Assembly: GCF_032444005.1 (NCBI RefSeq)
Contig: NC_091286.1
Coordinates: 24,242,001-24,306,000, forward strand
Origin: Ranitomeya imitator
Taxonomy: Eukaryota
Direction: 5' to 3'
Length of the DNA: 64,000 bases
Shown: piece after piece, positions 37,204 through 49,731 of the stretch
How positions within the stretch are numbered: position 1 is the first letter of the stretch
How the letters are laid out: each line of letters starts with the position of its first letter
Notes under the pieces: model-generated
Database searches by the model: none
Seen by the model: the letters and a program-made list of their open reading frames with translations, nothing else
What the model was told of the DNA's origin: nothing
Program-made: the position numbers and the translations under genes

Positions 37204-37981
37204 ATTGTGGAGTACACAACACTCATGGGCTCCATACATGCTGGACACATGCCTCATTCACACACTGGAGACATGCCGCAGGTCAGACATGAACCCCTCA
37301 CATCCAGGACACATAAATCACATACACCTCTCACACTAGGTATATGTCCCACATGCTTAAAAACAGCCCTCCCGCTCCCTACCAGGTCCCTTAGCAGCTC
37401 CGCTGGTGTCACTTCCTGCAGTAGAGCTGGGAACACAGTAGGTGGGAGGATTACCAGGGTAGAAGAAGAGTAGTGGGAGAAGTCACCCCATGGTCACAAA
37501 AACCCAACTGCTTACTGTTACCACAGTGTCCTACCAATGGGCTGCATGAATGGAGCAGCGGAGGATGGAGACGATTCTCTCAGAGGAGATGAAACACTGG
37601 TGGAGGACACACTGACAGTACACGTATGTCACTTCTGTATATTGTCCAGAAGCCACCAAAAATGTTTCCACTGAGAAATTAACTGGGAATGATTATCGTG
37701 GAGGAAGCAGAAAGGACAATACAAAGATAACCGGAAACAAAAGGGATTGAAGAAACTTTATCAACTAAAAAAACCTATGATTAAAACATTCAACATTAGG
37801 AAAACACACAACCGTTAAGTTGTGAGAAAGGATAAAGAATATTAATGTACGTGTCATACACCCGTATGAGAAACCCCATGTGCCACAGGCTTAATGGATC
37901 ACAGGATGGTGGATTGTATTTATGTGTCCATCTGCTTAAAAAACTTTGTGTAGTATGAATTATAAATAAAATAAATAGTAT

Positions 37982-39060
37982 AGAATATAACTACTATAAT
38001 ACTGCTCCTATGTACAAGAATATAACTACTATAATACTGCTCCTATGTACAAGAATATAACTACTATAATACTGCCCCTATGTACAAGAATATAACTACT
38101 ATAATACTGCCCCTATGTACAAGAATATAACTACTATAATACTGCCCCTATGTACAAGAATATAACTACTATAATACTGCTCCTATGTACAAGAATATAA
38201 CTACTATAATACTGCCCCTATGTACAAGAATATAACTACTATAATACTGCCCCTATGTACAAGAATATAACTACTATAATACTGCCCCTATGTACAAGAA
38301 TATAACTACTATAATACTGCTCCTATGTACAAGAATATAACTACTATAATACTGCTCCTATGTACAAGAATATAACTACTATAATACTGTCCCTATATAC
38401 AAGAATATAACTACTATAATACTGCTCCTATGTACAAGAATATAACTGCTATAATACTGCTCCCTATGTACAAGAATATAACTACTATAATACTGCCCCT
38501 ATGTACAAGAATATAACTACTATAATACTGCCTCCTATGTACAAGAATATAACTACTATAATACTGCCCCCTATGTACAAGAATATAACTACTATAATAC
38601 TGCTCCTATGTACAAGAATATAACTACTATAATACTGCTCCCTATGTACAAGAATATAACTACTATAATACTGCCCCCTATGTACAAGAATATAACTACT
38701 ATAATACTGCTCCTATGTACAAGAATATAACTACTATAATACTGCTCCTATGTACAAGAATATAACTACTATAATACTGCTCCTATGTACAAGAATATAA
38801 CTACTATAATACTGCCGCTATGTACAAGAATATAACTACTATAATACTGCCCATATGTACAAGAATATAACTACTATAATACTGCTCCCTATGTACAAGA
38901 ATATAACTACTATAATACTGCCCCCTATGTACAAGAATATAACTACTATAATACTGCCCCTATGTACAAGAATATAACTACTATAATACTGCCCCTATGT
39001 ACAAGAATATAACTACTATAATACTGCTCCCTATGTACAAGAATATAACTACTATAATAC
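37982..39060. repeat. 35-37-bp AT-rich satellite (TATGTACAAGAATATAACTACTATAATACTGCTCC)
   Basis: Period 35 (TGTAC at 38011 and 38046). About 30 copies; length varies in the C-run. Confidence 0.97.
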
Positions 39061-40104
39061 CGCAAACATTCACTATATAACAAGGGATCATATTATATGC
39101 CCATTTTGGAGCGGGTATGACTTGGCTCCATCATGTTGCAGTTATTCGTACAGTCTTTCGGTATTAACCCTTTCTCTCCGGCATTGATCTGACCTGGCAG
39201 AATAAATATTTGAGCATAAAGCAGAATATTCCCGATCCGCCGGGTGCTGCTCCAGTGACTCCGGACCCCCGATGTTGGCTCACGTCCCAGAATTTTTACT
39301 TTCCAACGTGACGTGACTTAGGAATGTTCTGCTTGCAGGAACTAATCTGGAACAACAGTTCCCTTTGTGAGTCAGGGCCCCGGGACTCCTGAGCGGGCTC
39401 GGAGCCTTCCCTTAGGTTGCTATTTCCAGAGGGAGTTTATTTGCTCTTTGTTCTTGTGCAATGCCCCAACAAAGACCGAGCGACTGAGCAGGAGGACAGC
39501 GCCATTTGGCAAGGTGTCGAGATGGTGCGCGAAGGGCTGGGAAAAAAAGGAATGCGGAGGACGGGGGAAAAAAGAAAATAACTTTACTCTTTGTGTCCTA
39601 GAGAGGAAACCACCGTATTTTAGGAACAGTGCAATTACCATTAATACAGTTTGCGACTATAGATCGAGCCTGTCAATAATCCTTCTTAAAGGGATTGTCC
39701 ATATTTAATAAGCCCTTGCCTTTGAATTTGGAAGGTGCTCCTAAAATAAGATGAACCATGGGAGACCCCATAACCTATCTGTAATCAGTTCGACAGCTTG
39801 GCAGCAAGTGTTCAATTTTTCTGCAGCGCCTCCGCAGGAGAAGTGTGGTATCACATGCTGAAATTTGAATTCTGTAGATTATGTGATGAGCCCAGTGCTG
39901 TGTCCTCCAAAGTCACTCCTTGTTGTCTCCAATTTCGCCTAATTGATGGATAATCACATTTATATTGGAATTTCACATAATTTTTTAAAAATATTTAGAA
40001 GGTTTCATGATGGTTTGTCAGGCAGTTATTCTGTGGGGGATGGAAAGTGAGACGAAATGGAAATCAGAGAAATTGTTGCATGTTTGAGCCATAGATACTA
40101 AGCA

Positions 40105-41880
40105 AAGGGAAACAGGACTCACAGGCTTTCTCTATGAGTGGGTGGAGGAAGCAGGACTCACAGGCTTTCTCTACGAGTGGGAGGGGGAAGCAGGGCACAA
40201 GCTTTCTTTATGAGAGGGAGGGAATCAGGACTCACAAGCTTCTCTGAGTAGGTGGGGGAAGCAGGACACACAGGTGTTCTTTATGAGTGAGCGGGGGAAG
40301 CAGGACTCACAGGCTTCTCTGATTGGGGGGGTGGAAGCAGGACTCACAGGCTTCTCTGATTGGGGGGGGTGGAAGCAGGACTCACAGGCTTCTCTGATTG
40401 GGGGGGTGGAAGCAGGACTCACAGGCTTCTCTGATTGGGGGGGTGGAAGCAGGACTCACAGGCTTCTCTGATTGGGGGGATGGAAGCAGGACTCACAGGC
40501 TTCTCTGATTGGTGAGGTAAGCAGAACTCTCAGGCTTCTCTGATTGGGTGGGTAAGCAGAACTCTCAGGCTTCTCTGATTGGGTGGGGAAAGAAGGACTC
40601 CCAAGCTGCTCTGATTGGACAAGGTAAGCAGGACTCAAGCTTCTCTGATTGGGCAGGGTAAGCAGGACTCACAGGCTTCTCTGATTGGAGCTGTGGAAGC
40701 AGGACTCACAGGCTTCTCTGATTGGGGGTTAAGCAGGACTCACAGGCTTCTCTGATTGGGCGGAGTAAGCAGGACTCTCAGGCCTCTCTGATTGGACAAG
40801 ATAAGCAGGACTCAAGCTTCTCTGATTGGGCGGGGTAAGCAGACTCAAGCTTCTCTGATTGGGCTGGGTAAGCAGGACTCTCAGGCTTCTCTGATTGGGC
40901 TGGGTAAGCAGGACTCGCATGCTTCTCTGATTGGGCTGGGTAAGCAGGACTCAAGCTTCTCTGATTGGGCAGGGTAAGCAGGACTCTCAGGCTTCTCTGG
41001 ACAAGATAAGCTGGACTCAAGCTTCTCTGATTGGGCTGGGTAAGCAAACTCAAGTTTCTCTGATTGGGCTGCGTAAGCAGGACTCTCAGGCTTCTCTGAT
41101 TGGGCGGGGTAAGCAGGACTCTCAGGCTTCTCTGATTGGACAAGATAAGCAGGACTCAAGCTTCTCTGATTGGGCTGGGTAAGCAGACTCAAGCTTCTCT
41201 GGGCTGGGTAAGCAGGACTCTCAGGCTCCTCTGATTGGGCGGGGTAAGCAGGACTCTCAGGCTTCTCTGATTGGGCTGGGTAAGCAGGACTCTCAGGCTT
41301 CTCTGATTGGGCTGGGTAAGCAGGACTCAAGCTTCTCTGATTGGGCGGGGTAAGCAGGACTCTCAGGCTTCTCTGATTGGGCTGGGTAAGCAGGACTCAA
41401 GCTTCTCTGATTGGGCTGGGTAAGCAGGACTCTCAGGCTTCTCTGATTGGGCGGGGTAAGCAGACTCAAGCTTCTCTGATTGGGCTGGGTAAGCAGGACT
41501 CTCAGGCTTCTCTGATTGGGCTGGGTAAGCAGGACTCAAGCTTCTCTGATTGGGCTGGGTAAGCAGGACTCTCAGGCTTCTCTGATTGGGCTGGGTAAGC
41601 AGGACTCTCAGGCTTCTCTGATTGGGCTGGGTAAGCAGGACTCTCAGGCTTCTCTGATTGGGCAGGGTAAGCAGGACTCCTAAGCTACACTGAGTAGGTG
41701 GGGAAGCAGGACACAAAGATTTTGTTTATGAATAGGTGAAGGAAACAGGATACAGACTTTTTTTGGGAGGAGGAGCAGGACTCACAGGTTTTTTCTATGA
41801 GTTGGTAGGAGACTTAGGACTCACAGGCTTTTCTATAAATGGGAGGTGGAAGAAGGACTCACAGGCTTTTTCTTTAAGTG
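40105..41880. repeat. 32-35-bp minisatellite (AAGCAGGACTCACAGGCTTCTCTGATTGGGCTGGGT) rich in CCAAT boxes
   Basis: Core about 40295-41680, nearly every unit containing CTGATTGG; degenerate units on both sides. Confidence 0.93.
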
Positions 41881-42599
41881 GGTGGGAGAAGCAGAAGGGC
41901 ATTAGGAAAGGGGAAGGAAAAGCAATGTGTGGTTTGGGGAAAAAATGAGTTTTGTCTCAAGTGACCCTTTAAGTGAAGAGCAGTGTAACATTTCAGGAGA
42001 CGGCAGATTCTGAGATTTCCCCATAATGACCTGATATTTGAGAACGGAGGGAAGAATAACAACATATAAAGTCACAGTGCATCATAGGAGCGATACTGAA
42101 AGAGGAGTTGAATCCTCATCATGAGACTCATTGCTGCCGAGACATCACTTTACAGGTACAGACTAATAATAGAGGAGGATATACAAATATCAAACTTTCT
42201 AATTTTGGGCAAGGTCAGCATCTGGATGGGGCAGGACACTCGGGAGATAAATTATTGAAGGGAAATGTTCATTTCAATAATGGAAGAGTCATAATACATA
42301 TTTAATGAAAATTCTGGAAACCGGAGGCAAAAACATCTATATCGACATCGCTGACGAATGAGAAATCATCAGAAAACGACAGACGCATAAAACAGTATTG
42401 CGGCGTCATCGGTGTCCGTTATTAGTCCTCATTTATTGATGCTGCTTGTAATATTCAGCGTCGCTGTCACTTCTTATCATAGAGACTTGTCAGAAGAGCC
42501 TCACTTCACAGGGTCCGGGTGACATCCTGATCCATCATTTGAATGAAGAGGCAAAAGTGCTGCGTCCCCCTGCGTAGATTAGCTTCCCATCATACATGG

Positions 42600-45145
42600 T
42601 ACAAAGATAATGCTGCCATACTGGGCAAAGAAGTAATGCTACCAGACAGAATAGAACTACAGTGCTGTCATATTATACAGATATATACAGATAAATAATG
42701 CCACAATTTAGTTTACATAGATAATATGACCATACTGCACACATACCTATTGCCAACATACTCGTACAGTATAAGTAGACAATACTGCCATACTGTACAC
42801 GCAAAAAAACCATACAATATTTACATCATAACTAATGCCGCCATATACAATACTGCCATACTGTACACAACTAATGCCAAATAGTATACATAGATGATAC
42901 TGCAATACTGTACACATAACTAATGCCATCATACATGTAAAATACTGCCAAAATGTACACATAACTTGTGTACACATAGACCGTACTTCCATGCTATACA
43001 GATAAATAATTAATCCATACTATACAGATAAATACTACTATACAGTACACATAGACCATATTATACAGATAAATAATAGCACCATACAGTACACACAAAT
43101 CATACTGCCATACTGTATACATAAATACATAATAAATGCCACCATACAAACCGTACTGCCATACTATACAGTACAAAGACCATACTGCCATACTGTACAG
43201 ATAAATAATAGCACCATACAGTACACATAGACTGTACTGCCAAACTATACAGATAAATAATGCCACCATACAGTACACAGACTGTACTGCCATACTATAC
43301 ATATAAGTAATGCCACCATAGAGTGCACATAGACCGTACTGCCATACCATAAGATAAATAATTCCACATACTATACAGATAAATAATACCACTATACAGT
43401 ACACAGATCATACTGTCATAATATAAAGATAAATAATGCATCCATACAGTGCACATAGACTGTATTACCATAAAGTACACATAGACCGTACTGTCATCGT
43501 ACAGATAAATAGTACAGTACACAGACTGTACTTTTATACTGTAAAAATACCACCTTAGAGTATAATAGACCATACCGCCATATTATACAGATAAATAATG
43601 CCACATATACCGTAACACCATACTGTACAGAAATAATGCCGCCATACAGTACACAGACCGTACTGTCATACTGTACAGATAAATACCACCATATAGTACA
43701 TAGACTGTACTGCCATACTGTACAGATACATACCACCATACAGTACACAGACCGTACTGCCATATTATACAGATAAATAATGCCACATAGACTGTACTGC
43801 CATACTGTACAGATATATAATGCCACCATACAGTACACAGACTGTCCTGAAATACTGTACAGTTAATACCACCATACAGTACACATAGATCATACTACCA
43901 TACTGCACAGATAAATAATTCCACCATACAGTACACATAGACCCTAATGCCATGCTGTACAGATAATACCACCATACAGTACACATAGATCATACTACCA
44001 TTCTGCACAGATAAATAATACCACCATACAGTACATAGGCCATACTGCCAAACTGTACAGATAAATACCACCATACAGTACATGTAGATCGTACTACCAT
44101 ACTGTACGGATAAATAATACCACCATACAGTACACATAGACTGTACTGCCATGCTGTACAGATAATACCACCATACAGTACACATAGATCATACTACCAT
44201 ACTGTACAGATAAATACCACCATACAGTAGACTGTACTGCCATACTGTACAGATAAATAATACCACCATACAGTACATAGGCCATACTGTCAAACTGTAC
44301 AGATAAATACCACCATACAGTACATGTAGATCGTACTACCATTCTGCACAGATAAATAATACCACCATACAGTACATAGGCTATACTGCCATACTGTACA
44401 GATAAATACCACTATACAGTACACGTAGATCGTACTACCATACTGTACGGATAAATAATACCACCATACAGTACACATAGACTGTACTGCCATACTGTAC
44501 AGATAATACCATCATACAGTACACATAGATCATACTACCATGCTGCACAGATAAATAATACCACCATACAGTACACATAGACTGTACTGCCATACTGTAC
44601 AGATAATACCATCTTACAGTACACGTAGATCGTACTACCATACTGTACGGATAAATAATACCACCATACAGTACACATAGACTGTACTGCCATACTGTAC
44701 AGATAATACCATCATACAGTACATGTAGATCGTACTACCATACTGTACGGATAAATAATAACACCATACAGTACACATAGACTGTACTGCCATACTGTAC
44801 AGATAATACCATCATACAGTACACATAGATCATACTACCATGCTGCACAGATAAATAATAACACCATACAGTACACATAGGCCATACTGTCATACTGTAC
44901 AGATAAATACCACTATACAATACACAGACTGTACTGCCATAGTGTACAGATAAATAATACCACTATATAGTACACAAACTGTACTGCCATACTGTACACA
45001 AATTATAATGCCACCATACAACGCACATAGACCGTACTGTCATACTGTACAAAGACCACTGTACAATAGACATAGACCGTACTACCAAACTGTACAGATA
45101 AATAATACCGCCATACAGTACACACAGATAATTCTGTACACTGCA
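42600..45145. repeat. Degenerate ~48-52-bp AT-rich tandem repeat (ACAGATAAATAATACCACCATACAGTACACATAGACTGTACTGCCATACTGT)
   Basis: About 50 variable copies, ending about 310 bp before the SRP9 ATG. Confidence 0.9.
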
Positions 45146-45149
45146 CATA

Positions 45150-45456
45150 TAATGGCGCGCGTGCGTGTTCCAGTGCAGCGCTCAGTTTCCAGCCGGCCGT
45201 TCTCTGCATTTGTCTGTAGTTACCGCTATTGACCACTAGAGGGAGAGAAGCCTCCTCGCTATAGAGGCCACCGATGAAAGACACTCCATTCGTGCCAAGA
45301 TGATAGAGTTCCCTGCGCCCCGGAAGTGTTCGTCTGTGATTGGTGGGAGGTCGTATAAACAGCCAATTAGAGCGCTGGCTCGTGTTTCCTGCGAGTGCTG
45401 ATGTGTGCTCCCGGCTTCCCTGCCTCTAGCACCACAGTGACCGGCGCGGCTCCATC
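45150..45456 (+). promoter_or_regulatory. SRP9 promoter / 5'UTR within a CpG island
   Basis: CpG-rich from about 45150 into intron 1. ETS/GABP-like CCGGAAGTG at 45320-45328, inverted CCAAT at 45338-45343, TATAAA at 45354-45359, CCAAT at 45363-45367, NRF1-like GCGCGCGTGCG at 45155-45165, CTCF-like CCACTAGAGGGAG at 45233-45245. Motif function is inferred. Confidence 0.75.
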
Positions 45457-45528
45457 ATGCCTTACTACCGCACCTGGGAGGAGTTCACCCGGGCCGCCGA
45501 GAAGCTCTACCAGGCCGACCCCATGAAG
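45457..45528 (+). CDS. SRP9: Signal recognition particle 9 kDa protein, coding exon 1 ([24 protein letters not shown])
   Basis: ATG in CCATCATGC context. Matches the vertebrate SRP9 N-terminus (human [24 protein letters not shown]). Phase-0 donor AAG|GTGAGT. Confidence 0.97.
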
Positions 45529-46228
45529 GTGAGTGCGCAGCCGGGTGACTCTGCGGGCGGTGACTGCGCGCCTTCCTCCTGTAGGAGCTCTGTTATCTGT
45601 CAGTGAATGAAATGGACACTTGTCACGTGGGATTCAGCTGCAGAATCTGCCTGGTCCGGATCCGCCGCTGGGATCACTGTCTGCGGAGACCTGATCTCTC
45701 CTGGATCCCGCGCTCTGTCCCCTGCGGACAGGCTCCATTCATTGGGGGCTGGCACTAAACTGTAACCCCCAATGTTCTGTACCGGGGGAAGCCCCTGTAT
45801 AGTGTCGGCCATCACTCTCTCCTGTGGGCGGCATTCCACGGTCTGACTGCTGTAACTGCAGAGAACCCTTTCCCTGTGTAGCTGCGGAATCTCCTTCCTT
45901 CCTTCCCCCAGTGATGGTGCCCCTGGTCCCGTAGAATAATCGAGTTGCCGCCTTTGAACTAACGCCACAATCTCCTTATTAAAACCTGGATCCTGTATTC
46001 TAGATGTCACAATATGTTGGGCTTTTACCTCTTCTTACACACCCTGAAATCTCTTGTAGGCTTTTGCAGCTGCTGCCTGACACTGAGCGCTGCTGCTCCG
46101 CTTACTTGTACCCAGGATCCCCGTCCTTCTCCTGTTCCGTAGTCCTGCGTATTCTCCCACTTATAAATCTGCAGCTATAGGATTACTCCGTCCTGGGTGG
46201 ATCACTCTACATTTATCTACAGTAAACC

Positions 46229-47956
46229 ACGAGGCTGAAGTTGGTTTCTTATTCGGCAATTTTTTCTTTTGTTTTTTTATAGGTTTAACAAAAAAAAAAA
46301 AAAAGAATCATCACAATAATAAAAGACAATGCAGTGAGGAGCCCTGATGTGAATACGCTTAAAACGGCTACAAAAACAATAACACTGGCACAAAAATGGG
46401 CATCAAAGAGCGCTGAAGAAAGGGTTAAATGCCTTTTGGGCCACTGATCTCACAGTGCAGACATATAAGAACAGGGCGCCCCACATCCAAACCAGTTATT
46501 TCCAGCCTGGCCCAAATGGGTTCTGGGCATCAGAACTGGCATCAAAGTGGGCACACAGTCAATTTTGGCCATTTGAATAAGTAACTGATGTTTTTAAGAA
46601 GTTAAATGCCTTTGGGCCACTGATACCAGTGCGTACATATAGAACAGGGAGCCCCACATCAAAAACAGGTCCCTTCAGCCTGGCCCAAATGGGTACTGGG
46701 CATCAGAACTGGTATCAAAGTGGGCACACCCCATTTTCACACATTTGAATAAGTAACTGATGTTTTTAAGGGGTTAAATGCCATTGGGCCACTGATCTGA
46801 CACTTAAAATACACAGATATCGATGCCCAGCATCAAACCCAGGTCCTCCAGCCTGGCCCATATAGGTTTTGGAAGAAAGAACCTGGCACTGAACTTAATG
46901 CTTGGCTACTACGATTAAAATCTCACAAGCATTAAGTTGAGTGCCAGGTTCTTCTAGTATCACATGGTGTGGGAACCTACCTGGGCACCACTAGTAGTAG
47001 TGCACACGGCTTTCTTTCAAATAGGTTTTGGGCAGCAGAACTGGCATCAAAGTGGGCACACAGCCCACTTTCACACATTTGAATAAGTAACTGATGTTTT
47101 TAAGGGGTTAAATGCTCTTGGGCCACTAATCTGACACAAAATACAGACCGTGATGCCCTGCATCAAACCCAGGTCCCTCCAGCCTGGCCCAAATGGGTTC
47201 TTGGCACCAGAATTGGCATCAAAGTGGGCACACAGCCCATTTTCACGGATTTAAATAAGTAACTGATGTTTTTAAGGGGTTAAATGCCTTTGGGCCACTG
47301 ATCTGACTCTTAAAATACAGACAGTGATGCCCTGCATCAATCCCAGGTCCCTGCAGGGCATCACTGTCTGTGTATTTTAAGTGGCCCAAATGCATGTAAC
47401 CCCTTAAAAACATCAGTTACTTAATCAAATCTGTGAAAATGGGCTGTTTGCCCACTTTGATGCCAGTTCTGATGCACAGAACCCATTTGGGCCATGCTGG
47501 AGGAACCTGCGTTTGATGCAGGGCATCAATATCTGTGTATTTTAAGTGTCAGATCAGTGGCCCAAAGGCATGTAACCCCTTAAAATCATCAGTTACTTAT
47601 TCAAATAGCCACAATTGCCTGTTTGCCCACTTTGATGCCAGTCCTGATGCCCAGAACCCATTTGGGCCAGGCTGGAAATAACAGGTTTGGATTTGGGGCG
47701 CCCTGTTCTTATATGTATGCAGTGTGAGATCAGTGGCCCAAAGGCATTTAATCCTTTCTTCAGCGCTCTTTGGTGCCCACTTTGATGCCCATTTTTGTGC
47801 CAGTTTTATTGTTTTTGTAGCCGTTTTTAAGCGTACTCTCATCAGGGCACCTCACTGCATTGTCTTTTATTATTGTGGTGATTATTTTTTTGTTAAACCT
47901 ATAAAAAAAACAGAAAAGAAGAAAAATGGCGAATAAGAAACCAACTTCAGCCTCGT
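46229..47956. mobile_element. Foldback (MULE/FB-type) non-autonomous DNA transposon, 1728 bp, in SRP9 intron 1
   Basis: Termini ACGAGGCTGAAGTTGGTTTCTTATTCG / CGAATAAGAAACCAACTTCAGCCTCGT. Perfect 9-bp TSD CAGTAAACC (46220-46228 and 47957-47965). Arms 46229-47336 and 47352-47956 are built from ~180-bp tandem units around a 15-nt loop. Confidence 0.88.
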
Positions 47957-49731
47957 CAGTAAACCTCACTTGCTATTCTCCTCCCTGCGCTGTCTGTACG
48001 CTGTGCACAGTGACAGTGCCCGTTCTCTTGTTGCCTCAAAGCTGCAGATCAGAGCCCACAACACAGCGATGTGCAGGAGATCAGCGTCACCCCTGCAGGT
48101 GACATCGTTATTCTCTGCTGGGTTTGTGACACGGCCGTGTTGCCGACTCATTACTGCAGATTTGAGACAACGAGAGCTGTCATTGTGCACATCTCACAGT
48201 ATACAGGGACCAACCTCACCCCTGAAATCAGTGTCACCGATGACTGTTCATTTCAGAAAGGGGACAGAGATTGTGACCCTCTGCCACCATTATGCTTCGT
48301 TTGAGTTTCCCAGCATGCACTGGGGGCTCTCAAAATGTCATCAGTCTATATAAGTTTTTTTTTTTGTTTGTATTTTTTTTCCTTCTTTCTGTAACAGTTG
48401 GTGTATTTGAAAATAGCTTAATTCTGACATCAAACAGATGGGGAGTTAGCTAAAATTCACTTCTGTCTTCAGACGTCCCTTTTAAAGGGATTGTCCACTA
48501 CTGCAGGACACCATCCTAAATGCCTCCAGTGGGCAAGAGGAAAACCCAATGCTGATCTCCAAGACCAGTGCTTCTGTATTGTCTGCAATACCCCCCCTGC
48601 TGTGCAGAAGTCCCTCAACCTCATTGGGGGGGCTGCGGCTGGCTGTAGGGGGCGCTGCTGGCAGGGAAGAAGATAGAAGGATATACTAGCAGTCTGGGCA
48701 GCAGGAGGTCGCCTCCACATCTGAGTGGCCTTGTATTATGTATGCAGCTCTTATACTGAGCTCCTTGTTTCTATGGTTACAGACTATAAACAAACCTTGT
48801 CGTCTGATCCTGTCCTCTCCCGTTCAGTTTCCTCTTCCTCCTTTACTAGAATATTCTCATTCACTGACAGCAAGCAGAGATATACAGATGGCGAGAAAGC
48901 AAAGCACATAAGAAAGTTGCGGAACTTCTGCTTCTTGTCCGGTATTCTCTGCGACTGAATATTCAGTGTCGGCCGTCTGCTAATGCCACTATATTATTAT
49001 AGAAGGGTTATAATTTTCTAGTTGCCGTGGTGACTAGGCATGCATGAGGTCTGTGGATGGCTATTACATTACTCAGCAAGTTAGACCTTTTAAGGGTCTA
49101 ATGCAGAACTCGTCTCCAAAGCTTAAGTGCACCCCCTTCCGTGTTTTTTTTTTTTTTTTTTCCCCTGAACATAAATGGTAAAAACTAGAACATGTAGTAT
49201 TGCAGTGTGCAGTTGCCCAATCTGGTATAAACCTATTTATCCCATATGCCGTAAAGGAAAAATCGAGACACAGGAATTGAACGTCTTTTGGTTTGAGATT
49301 CTTAAACAAAAAATACTTTTTTTTTTTTTTTTGAGCACCGCACGGTGGCTGTTCTCGGGTACTGCAGTCAGATCACACTTTCTTCAATACCTGAGAGCGG
49401 CCACTAAGCTGCGCTCTTCTACTCCACAGTCGGCCTCTATCTACACACATCCAGCGGGGTCTCGGCTTGGTCTGGGACTCTCCACGGTGGTCAATTCCTG
49501 CTTGTTGGAAGGGTCCTTTAAAAATAAGCTGATCCCACGTGGCCCCTTGGCTGGGAATCCCCAGCAATCCGTCCCTAAGTGTTCGGTTACCCCTTAAGCA
49601 TTAACATTGGGATTAGATGGCGGGGGCCGTAGATTTCCATGGTTCTGGATGACACTGTAGGGAAGGTTGCAGCCACCAGTCTCCGACCAGTGCCAGGACT
49701 AACACTTCACTGGTTGCTGTTTCCTCCACAG

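Noticed and set aside
1-45100. Exons of the genes that flank SRP9 in human (ENAH, LBR, EPHX1, TMEM63A)
   Set aside because: I translated the unique islands by eye and found only short chance resemblances (e.g. IPRYDDS vs IPGYGFS, CYIFLIF). No diagnostic motif (HGWPGS, GGDWG, DQGAFFVNY, EVH1) was found. A tBLASTn would settle this.
42747-45148. Tyr/Cys/Val-rich minus-strand ORFs
   Set aside because: Translations of the degenerate 52-bp tandem repeat.
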